NCBI GenBank assembly: GCA_021777035.1
Contig: JAIQZR010000138.1
Coordinates: forward strand, 1 to 32,000
DNA length: 32,000 nt
Direction of reading: 5' to 3'
Origin: Candidatus Scalindua sp.
Lineage (GTDB): Bacteria; Planctomycetota; Brocadiia; Brocadiales; Scalinduaceae
Position numbers and translations under genes: made by a program. The notes under the pieces are model-generated. The model was not told the origin of the DNA and did no database searches. It saw nothing but the letters and a program-made list of their open reading frames with translations. Shown piece by piece: positions 24,557 through 32,000 of the stretch (its first letter is position 1; every line of letters begins with the position of its first letter).

Positions 24557-26689
24557 CTATGCATTTCTACCTGTAACAACGCGGGCGTTAAGGACTAACT
24601 TATTAGCTCTTTCTCGCAGTTCCATAGCGAATTGATCTTCTTCCTTCAGCGCATTCTCAATTTTGTCAAGAATATCATAATAAAGGCCCCAGGCTTTCCT
24701 CTCTCTTTCATACCTTTCCTTAAGCCCATTTCCATCTTCCATGGACACTTCCCGGAGACTGCTACGTAACCTTCTCGTCCCAGTCTCAATAAGCGTAAAG
24801 CCTTTATATTCACTCTCTTCTTCTTTTGTGGCAAAGAATTCAGCTGCCTTGAGTGAAAGACGAAGATATGCAAGGTTTTGAGGAAGGTGACTTACAAAAC
24901 TACCGGTAAACGGATCTATCATACTTTTAACCACATCTATCTCAGATGAAAAAATCCTTGCATAATTTGAGAAGAATAATATTCTCTCGTAGTCACCCAC
25001 TATCTTGCCTATTGCCGCAGCCTTTATGGCCTCTCCTGCAAAAGCATGTTTGTCGTGTCTCATAAACAAACCATCATTATGAAAATACCTCAGTAACGGC
25101 CCACTATCTTTAGAAAATAAGGCAGACAGAAGATAAGCCTGGTCTTCCGCCCTTCCTATAAATACAGGAGTAAATGGGCGATACCTTCTCAATGCTTCAA
25201 TTAAAATTCCATTTGTACCGCCCGTTACATGTATCCTTGATATACACGAATTTTCACCATCAATATCGCCACTATCGTACCTTGTCATCATCTCAGACAG
25301 AGTAGATAATGCCTGAGGTATTCTACTACAAAAAATAGTATCTTCACCCTTAAAGGGTGGAGTTGGATATGTTACATCCGGCGTAAAAAGTGAAGCACTA
25401 ATATCTTTTTCATTTACCAAAGCGCCTGCCATCATACCCAGATGAACAGGATTACCCTGAGAGTCGACACCTTCAGCTCCCCAGAGAGGAGACATCATAT
25501 GCTCAAATGCACTTTTTCCTGTTTCCTCAAGCAGTTCCTCCTGTGGAAATACCTGGTCAAGATCAATCTTAAATGTCGCCTTTTTATCAGGATCTACAAA
25601 GACTTGCCAGAATGCAGTTACTGCTTTGAGAAAACTATAGTGCCTTCCATACTTCCCATTAACACCCACAACTTCCCTTAAAAGAGATGCTGAATCCCTT
25701 ATATCATTAAAATACTTACTTGCTGCAGGGACAAGAATCTCATGGATCAATCCGGCTGTTTCTGCCTCGGTAAAAAGATACACTTTGAGCCCCAATAAGC
25801 CATGGGATTTTTCCAATTCTGACTCGATATATTCCTTCACAATCCCCTGTAATCCCTCATGCGTAACAGACGCCGACAGTACAACCGTTAACTCATCTTC
25901 ACCATCTGCATTACTCAATTTTTTCTCAAAGAGAAGAGCCTCGGACAGATGATGGAGGCCATAGAGAATCTCATTCCTGTCCGATCCAACGCCTATCTGA
26001 ACAGGATGATCATACCAGAAAACCTGGTCCTCCTGCACAACCTCCTCAAGAGCATTCCACAAACTGGATTTTATACCAAGGTCTTTAAATTTTCTTCCGG
26101 TAGGCGGAATAGTTAAAAGAGCATTTGCGGTAAAAATAACATCTTGTGAAACATTTGTTATCGGTTTGGAATTAAGATTGGTTATCTCTATCTTGCGCTT
26201 ATTTCTCAAGGTGTTTGCCTGAGAATCCTTATTACTGAGAATACCGGATGCCTCAGGATGGAATAGTTTCCAGATATCTTCCTGAATTGTTTTAGGAAAT
26301 GGAAGATGTTCTTTTTGTTGTGCTAACTTTACTCTTAATCCTTCCAGCCTCTCTATACTATTATCGTTCTTGGAGCAGAAGACCCTGAACTCCTTTAACA
26401 ACAAACTAAGCCCTTCTCTATAAAATGTAACAAGATTTGTCCGGAGAGGATTCTTCCCCACTTCTTCCAAATACTCCATGGCAGCCGCATATCTGGAATG
26501 ATCATCTCCTGAAAGAGAGATCAGAAATGCAGCGTTGATGTTCCTGGAAACTGCAACCCGACTATTATCTTCCGGCTGAAATTGCGCTACAATGTTTATC
26601 CCACAAGCCCCATCTTCAGACCCATCGCCTATAATACAACGTAGAACATCATGATAAGTTTTTTTTACATTGTCTAGTGACACTGTCAT
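24557..26689 (-). CDS. Large hypothetical protein (about 710 aa), no family recognised
   Basis: Long uninterrupted ORF with protein-like composition. The preferred start is ATG at 26689 (MTVSLDNVKK); the track ORF begins at a TTG at 26773 with an unconvincing 28-aa extension. It is co-directional with clpX and 138 nt upstream of it. Confidence 0.6.
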   Translation of the reverse strand: MTVSLDNVKKTYHDVLRCIIGDGSEDGACGINIVAQFQPEDNSRVAVSRNINAAFLISLSGDDHSRYAAAMEYLEEVGKNPLRTNLVTFYREGLSLLLKEFRVFCSKNDNSIERLEGLRVKLAQQKEHLPFPKTIQEDIWKLFHPEASGILSNKDSQANTLRNKRKIEITNLNSKPITNVSQDVIFTANALLTIPPTGRKFKDLGIKSSLWNALEEVVQEDQVFWYDHPVQIGVGSDRNEILYGLHHLSEALLFEKKLSNADGEDELTVVLSASVTHEGLQGIVKEYIESELEKSHGLLGLKVYLFTEAETAGLIHEILVPAASKYFNDIRDSASLLREVVGVNGKYGRHYSFLKAVTAFWQVFVDPDKKATFKIDLDQVFPQEELLEETGKSAFEHMMSPLWGAEGVDSQGNPVHLGMMAGALVNEKDISASLFTPDVTYPTPPFKGEDTIFCSRIPQALSTLSEMMTRYDSGDIDGENSCISRIHVTGGTNGILIEALRRYRPFTPVFIGRAEDQAYLLSALFSKDSGPLLRYFHNDGLFMRHDKHAFAGEAIKAAAIGKIVGDYERILFFSNYARIFSSEIDVVKSMIDPFTGSFVSHLPQNLAYLRLSLKAAEFFATKEEESEYKGFTLIETGTRRLRSSLREVSMEDGNGLKERYERERKAWGLYYDILDKIENALKEEDQFAMELRERANKLVLNARVVTGRNA

Positions 26690-27155
26690 TATATTTAACT
26701 CTTTTTTATCAAATGTAGTAAATGCGTTTACAGAATTCAATCTGCACGTTGATGTACAGTTACCGTTATGCAAATTCTAATTGCGGTAAAAGCAGATACA
26801 ATAATATGGTATTTGATTATAGGCCACAAGAAAAAACATTAAAACAAGAGTATCTTAACAACTCAAATAAAGTACGTATGGCATATTATTAATTGGTAAT
26901 GACGCTAATGATTTGATATAAAACATGGTTTCGATTCTATTCTCAGATCCAGGTGCAAAAGGCGAATGCTTAATAAAGCAGAAGGGCTATTTAACTCGTC
27001 AGACTAATAACAAGCGAGCAAACAGCCCTTCATAAAATTGTTTTTGCCTGGATAGCCGGATCTATAGTAGAATAAAATATCTAAAATATTGCTCTCCACA
27101 ACAAAATTATCCCCAGGAGATGACACTAGTTAAGTTGTCCGGGTAAGGAGGAAAA

Positions 27156-27692
27156 ATGAGTACCAGTTTGACAAACCGAATTTTTCGGGCAGCCACACTC
27201 GATGTCCACCTTTATGAAGAAGTAGAGGCCGATAAGAGCGCAATGCGCCAGGCGATGCTGGTCGTAATCCTCTCCGGTGTCGCAGCCGGAGTTGGAAGCA
27301 TTTCACGAGGTGGTGCATTAGGGGTTGCAATGGGCACTGCCATGGGGCTGGTAGGATGGTACATTTGGGCGTTTATTATATTTTTTATAGGCACCAAACT
27401 CCTACCTGAGCCACAAACCAAGTCTAATGTTGGAGAATTATTAAGAACAATCGGCTTTGCGAGTGCACCTGGATTAATCCGGATTTTTGGTGTTTTTCCA
27501 GGAGTAGAAAAGCTTGTTTTCCCGGCTGCTACTGTCTGGATGTTAGCAGCAATGGTTATTGCTGTGAGACAAGCACTGGATTACAAAGGAACTGTGCGTG
27601 CTGTCATCGTCTGTATAATTGGCTTGCTTGTCCAGATTGCAATTCTTTTGACCATTTTCTCTGTATTTAAAGTTTTACCAAAACCCGCTTAA
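27156..27692 (+). CDS. Yip1-domain integral membrane protein
   Basis: 178 aa. The N-terminus RIFRAATLDVHLYEEVEADKSAMRQAM is followed by about five hydrophobic helices. GGAGG Shine-Dalgarno upstream. Confidence 0.7.
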   Translation: MSTSLTNRIFRAATLDVHLYEEVEADKSAMRQAMLVVILSGVAAGVGSISRGGALGVAMGTAMGLVGWYIWAFIIFFIGTKLLPEPQTKSNVGELLRTIGFASAPGLIRIFGVFPGVEKLVFPAATVWMLAAMVIAVRQALDYKGTVRAVIVCIIGLLVQIAILLTIFSVFKVLPKPA

Positions 27693-27726
27693 ATTTTTTA
27701 TTTTTATTGAAAGGTGATGAACAGAC

Positions 27727-28344
27727 ATGAACAAAACATCTATTAAATATCAGATTTTAACCATTCTTCTCTGCTCTATTGTAAGCATTGTAGCCTTTAA
27801 AAGCATGCCGCAAGTGGTTATGGCAGAGGAGTTGAGGGTTGGCATTGTTGACATAAACGAAATATTTGACAAATACGACAAGAGAAATGATCTTGATCAA
27901 CAACTAAAGAAAGCCGAAGCAGAATTTAAGAAGGAAATAGAGAGCAAAAAGAAAGCAATGATTGATCTAAACGAAGAAACACAGTTGCTAGACCTAGGGA
28001 GTGAAAACAGAAGTCAGAATATGGAAATACTTGAGAGAAAGAACGTAGAACTTGAAGGATATGCCAAATTTGCGGAGAAACAACTCACGAAAAAATACAA
28101 AGATGCCTTTGAAACAATTTATGAAGAGATAATTAAGGAAGTCAATTCTTTTGGCAAAGAAAAAAATTACAGTGTTATTATAAAGAAAGAGAAACCTAAC
28201 TTACAAAGCAATGAGCTTTCTGATCTTCAGTTTAAGATAGGAATCAGAACCGTTTTGTACAATTCAAGTGCAATAGATATTACGCCAAATATAACAGAAC
28301 GTATAAACACACGTTACCAAAAAGAGAAACCACAAGAAAAATAA
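27727..28344 (+). CDS. OmpH/Skp-family periplasmic chaperone
   Basis: A signal peptide is followed by VGIVDINEIFDKYDKRNDLDQQLKKAEAEFKKEIESKKKAM, a typical OmpH coiled-coil. Confidence 0.8.
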   Translation: MNKTSIKYQILTILLCSIVSIVAFKSMPQVVMAEELRVGIVDINEIFDKYDKRNDLDQQLKKAEAEFKKEIESKKKAMIDLNEETQLLDLGSENRSQNMEILERKNVELEGYAKFAEKQLTKKYKDAFETIYEEIIKEVNSFGKEKNYSVIIKKEKPNLQSNELSDLQFKIGIRTVLYNSSAIDITPNITERINTRYQKEKPQEK

Positions 28345-28445
28345 TTAGGTGCTACTACGGGATCAAGGCCATACTAAAATCGCAGAAGGGAATTATCAGG
28401 AATGGAGCTATATAGATATTGCTTTAGTTAATCAAATCAGGCAAC

Positions 28446-29975
28446 TTAAGCAAATTTCTCTATAGCCGCCTTTTTGATACTTTTATAATCAACTTTACCA
28501 GATGGAAGCATAGGGATGGCGTCTATTGACATATAGTGATCAGGTTGAGACAACTTTGTCAAACCGGCTTTATCAAGCCCCCTATTGAGTAGAATCTTGT
28601 CCGGATTTGCATCAACAACAAAAGCGACCAGTTGTTCACCTTTTTGTACGTGAGGGATATTCATGACCGCACAGCTTCTTTTTTCATTCTCAGTATGCTG
28701 ATCTAAAACCTGAGACAATTTATCTTCAATAGGTGTCAGGGGAATCATCTCTCCCCCTATCTTGGCAAATCTTTTAAGTCTATCAGTAATATATAAAAAT
28801 TCATTTTCAAATTTCCCAATATCACCGGTAATATAAAAACCGTCATGAAATGCCTGGCTGGTTAATTCTGGGGCCTTATAATATGCACTCATAACGTTGG
28901 GGCCTTTAATGAATATTAACCCCTCCTCGCCAGGTTTAAGTTCTTCATATGTTTCAGTATTCACTATTTTACATTGAACACCCGGCATGAGCCTTCCCAC
29001 GCTTCCATGACAAAAGTCATGCGGATAATTCACAGTAATACAAGAACAACTTTCAGTAACCCCATAGGCTTCAAAGATAGTTACACCTAGTTTTTCATTG
29101 AATTTGTTTCTAACGCTTTCATTTAATTTTTCTGCTCCTGCAAATGCCAGACGAACACTCGAAACCTGCTCACGTTTCCACCTTTTCATAAACCCTCTAT
29201 AAAGTGTACTAGTCCCTAAAAGCATTGTAACACGGTATTTGTGAACAATTTTACCAAGTCTTTCATAATCAGTCGGATTTGGGTGGAAAACAGATCCCAT
29301 CCCCATTATCAGCGGCAACCAGAGACATACAACAAAACCAAAGACATGAAAAAACGGTAAGGTACCTAACACCTTGTCATCCGGATTTGGTTGAAAAACG
29401 GTACTGAAAGCCTGGATACTCATGAATATATTCTTGTTTGTCAGAGGAACACCCTTTGGGTGTGATTCAGAACCGGAAGTAAACAGTATTATGGCGATCT
29501 TATCAGGCGCATCAAACTTTTTAAATTTTTGAATTAAAGACTGGCTTGACTTCATCTTACAGGAAAAATAAGTCAACATTTTTTCCAGTTTTGATGTTTT
29601 CTCTTTTAGATCCTCAATAAACACCATCCTAGGGTCTTCAGTAATTTCCGCCTTTTGTATAAATACTCTTGAGGTAAATATTGTTTTTATATCACACGTC
29701 TTCATCGCCCACTCCTGCTCATCTTTACCTGCGATAAAATTCAGTCCAACAGGGGTTTTGCCTGACAATGACGTAGCAATAAATGCCAATGCTCCTCCCA
29801 CAGAAGCAGGAAAAACCAGGGCTATATTTTCACCTTCAAAGTTGCGAACATGTTTGGACAAAAGAATACCGGCGGTAAGCGTCTGGCCGAATGTCAGGGA
29901 CATACCGGTAGAGTCTTCCTGTACAATTTTATTGAAATTCTTTTTTGCAGTCTTAATGAAGCTTTCTATAATCAT
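28446..29975 (-). CDS. AMP-dependent acyl ligase (acyl-ACP / acyl-CoA synthetase, Aas C-terminal-domain-like)
   Basis: Adenylate-forming motifs ILFTSGSESHPKGV, EAYGVTE, YITGDIG and RLKRFAKIGGEMI. Confidence 0.82.
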   Translation of the reverse strand: MIIESFIKTAKKNFNKIVQEDSTGMSLTFGQTLTAGILLSKHVRNFEGENIALVFPASVGGALAFIATSLSGKTPVGLNFIAGKDEQEWAMKTCDIKTIFTSRVFIQKAEITEDPRMVFIEDLKEKTSKLEKMLTYFSCKMKSSQSLIQKFKKFDAPDKIAIILFTSGSESHPKGVPLTNKNIFMSIQAFSTVFQPNPDDKVLGTLPFFHVFGFVVCLWLPLIMGMGSVFHPNPTDYERLGKIVHKYRVTMLLGTSTLYRGFMKRWKREQVSSVRLAFAGAEKLNESVRNKFNEKLGVTIFEAYGVTESCSCITVNYPHDFCHGSVGRLMPGVQCKIVNTETYEELKPGEEGLIFIKGPNVMSAYYKAPELTSQAFHDGFYITGDIGKFENEFLYITDRLKRFAKIGGEMIPLTPIEDKLSQVLDQHTENEKRSCAVMNIPHVQKGEQLVAFVVDANPDKILLNRGLDKAGLTKLSQPDHYMSIDAIPMLPSGKVDYKSIKKAAIEKFA

Positions 29976-30006
29976 ATATATTAAAGTCCTCTGATTCAGT
30001 AACTGT

Positions 30007-30429
30007 TCACTCTACAACTTCATAGCCTTTTTCCATCCATGACTCTATTCCACCCAGCATATTAAAAACATACTTATGCCCCCTTGATGTAAGCAATTCA
30101 CAAGCAACCTTACTTCTATTACCGTTATGGCAATATACCAAAACACTTTGCCCCATCTGGATTTCGTGCATTTTTTCTGTCAGAACCATAATCGGAATGA
30201 GAACGGCATTCTTGATATGAGATCTTGCAAATTCCTCACCCGTTCTTACGTCAAGGACAATATCCACCTTACTATTATTCTGTTCACTCATCATATATTT
30301 CGCTTCAGATACAGAAACATTATTAAATATTTCCCGGGCGAATGATTCGGACATAAAAGAACCAGATATCAAAACAACCAGATAGGCAATAACCATAACT
30401 ATGAAATTCTTCTTCGGAAATATTTTCAT
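30007..30429 (-). CDS. Secreted single-domain rhodanese (sulfurtransferase)-like protein
   Basis: VLDVRTGEEFARSHIKNAVLIP, active-site loop CHNGNRS, GGIESW. The preferred start MKIFPKKNF at 30429 has a GAGGG Shine-Dalgarno upstream and is followed by a signal peptide. Confidence 0.8.
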   Translation of the reverse strand: MKIFPKKNFIVMVIAYLVVLISGSFMSESFAREIFNNVSVSEAKYMMSEQNNSKVDIVLDVRTGEEFARSHIKNAVLIPIMVLTEKMHEIQMGQSVLVYCHNGNRSKVACELLTSRGHKYVFNMLGGIESWMEKGYEVVE

Positions 30430-30502
30430 GCAACCCTCATAAAAGATGTTGTTTCGCAAAATTAATATTAAGTTACGAGTAATGTTGATAACCCTTGTAC
30501 TA

Positions 30503-31972
30503 CTATTTCTTTTTCCTCCATGCGACCTTGTCTTTCTTATCTTCGATGATAATCCCCAGCGCGCTTAACCTATCTCTTACTTTATCCGCCAGTTCCCACT
30601 GTTTGGATGCCCGTAACTCATTTCTTGCTTCAATCAATGTCGTTATCAAATCATCCTGCATTTTATAAGCATCAGCTCCATCTGGGCCGTTTTGGACTAT
30701 CTTTTCTGTAACGATACCCAGAACATTACCGCCATAAGTACTATAGAATAACTCAATTTCTGATAACACTCCCTCGCTAATCTCCTCATCCATACTAAGG
30801 AGGCTATTAACTTCCTTACTTAAATTAAAGAGAACAGCCAAAGCTTCTGCCGTATTAAAATCCTCATTCATTGCTTCTTCAAAGGCATTCTTGTAGCCAT
30901 CTAGCTTAGTCTTCCATATTTCCAGCCCTTCAGTTCCGCTGGATGATTCCATACGTTCTCTTAAACTACGTATTGTGTTGTGCAGTCTCTCCAACCCAGT
31001 GTTGGCCGCATCTAACGCCTCATCACTATAGTTGATTGGACTACTGTAATGTGTATTGAGGACGAAGAAACGTATTGTCAAAGGTGAGAATTTTTTAAAC
31101 GCATCCTTGAGTGTAACGAAATTTCCCAAAGATTTCCCCATCTTCTGTCCATCAACCGTTACCATATTGTTATGCATCCAATAACGTGCAAAAGGCCTTT
31201 CGTTAGCGGTCTCACTTTGCGCTATTTCACACTCGTGATGTGGAAACACATTTTCAATCCCTCCACCATGTATATCAAACGTCTCACCCAGATATTTCAT
31301 GGACATGACTGAACACTCAAGATGCCATCCTGGAAACCCTACACCCCAGGGACTGTTCCATTTCATAATATGCTCAGATCCAGCCTTCTTCCATAGTGCA
31401 AAGTCTGCCGGATGTTTTTTCTCAGGATTTATCTCGATACGCGCCCCCGACTCCTGATCCTCCAGCTTTCGTCCTGAAAGCTTACCGTAGTCCTTCAATT
31501 TTGACACATTAAAATAAACAGACTGGTTTGACTCATAAGCAAATCCCTTATCGATTAGTGTGTTTACAAGATCTATTTGCTCAGGAATATGACCGGTTGC
31601 ACGAGGTGAAATGTCGGCACGCAGATTATTCAATGCATCCATATCTTCATAATAGCTTCGCATATACAGTTCAACTAGTTCCATCGGTTCTACTTTCTCC
31701 AGCTTGGCCCTTTTTTCAATCTTGTCTTCCCCTGAATCTGCATTATCTGTTAAGTGCCCAACATCAGTAATGTTCTGCACATATCTCACCTTATAACCGA
31801 GGTATCTTAGATAGCGTACGATGATATCAAAACTGACATAACTTTTAGCATGCCCAATATGAGGATGATCGTAAACGGTAGGCCCACACACATAGATACC
31901 AACCCGTCCTTCTTCAATAGGAACAAATTTTTCTTTCTGTCTTGTTAATGTATTATAAATTTTTAATGTCAT
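30503..31972 (-). CDS. cysS: Cysteine--tRNA ligase
   Basis: IYVCGPTVYDHPHIGHAKS (HIGH motif), KMGKSLGN (KMSKS motif), and the WHLEC zinc-site context. Confidence 0.95.
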   Translation of the reverse strand: MTLKIYNTLTRQKEKFVPIEEGRVGIYVCGPTVYDHPHIGHAKSYVSFDIIVRYLRYLGYKVRYVQNITDVGHLTDNADSGEDKIEKRAKLEKVEPMELVELYMRSYYEDMDALNNLRADISPRATGHIPEQIDLVNTLIDKGFAYESNQSVYFNVSKLKDYGKLSGRKLEDQESGARIEINPEKKHPADFALWKKAGSEHIMKWNSPWGVGFPGWHLECSVMSMKYLGETFDIHGGGIENVFPHHECEIAQSETANERPFARYWMHNNMVTVDGQKMGKSLGNFVTLKDAFKKFSPLTIRFFVLNTHYSSPINYSDEALDAANTGLERLHNTIRSLRERMESSSGTEGLEIWKTKLDGYKNAFEEAMNEDFNTAEALAVLFNLSKEVNSLLSMDEEISEGVLSEIELFYSTYGGNVLGIVTEKIVQNGPDGADAYKMQDDLITTLIEARNELRASKQWELADKVRDRLSALGIIIEDKKDKVAWRKKK

Positions 31973-32000
31973 TGTTATTGTCTGTTATATAAGTGTTTAT

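Noticed and set aside
1-32000. CRISPR arrays, rRNA and tRNA genes
   Set aside because: I saw no regularly spaced direct repeats and no cloverleaf-like or rRNA-like conserved segments in the intergenic regions when reading by eye. A tRNAscan/Infernal run would be needed to exclude them formally.

Overview
AT-rich bacterial chromosomal window (about 40% GC by eye, not computed) from a Gram-negative-type organism (OmpH/Skp, efflux adaptor). Housekeeping genes (nadD, clpX, cysS) are interleaved with accessory DNA. (1) 1-6200 is a decayed defence/mobile island. It holds a 3'-truncated EVE-EVE-McrB-like GTPase gene, an unclassified element end (direct repeats plus an 18-bp hairpin), an IS3-family left-end/OrfA fragment, degenerate-LytM and Ada-like zinc-ribbon genes broken by in-frame stops, and a hicAB module. 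(2) 6417-15862 is the most interesting part, a co-directional lipid/polyketide-like cluster. It encodes AcpS, a B12-binding radical SAM enzyme, an intact FabF-like ketosynthase, a second ketosynthase homologue lacking the Cys-His-His triad (CLF-like), a FadH-like dienoyl reductase, a crotonase, FabG and a muconolactone-isomerase-like protein. A GxxExxY cassette sits between the two KS genes, and no ACP, FabD, FabH, FabZ or FabI is present. This resembles the FAS-II-paralogue plus radical-SAM clusters proposed, but never proven, for ladderane lipid synthesis in anammox Planctomycetes. The organism assignment is inference only. (3) 16-32 kb carries an HMGL-like aldolase, ykgJ-nadD, a phd-vapC module, a membrane polyferredoxin, an IS4-type transposase remnant with a nested 158-bp MITE, an orphan efflux adaptor, clpX preceded by a large uncharacterised gene, Yip1, Skp, an Aas-like ligase, a rhodanese and cysS. 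I recognised no rRNA, tRNA or CRISPR array by eye.
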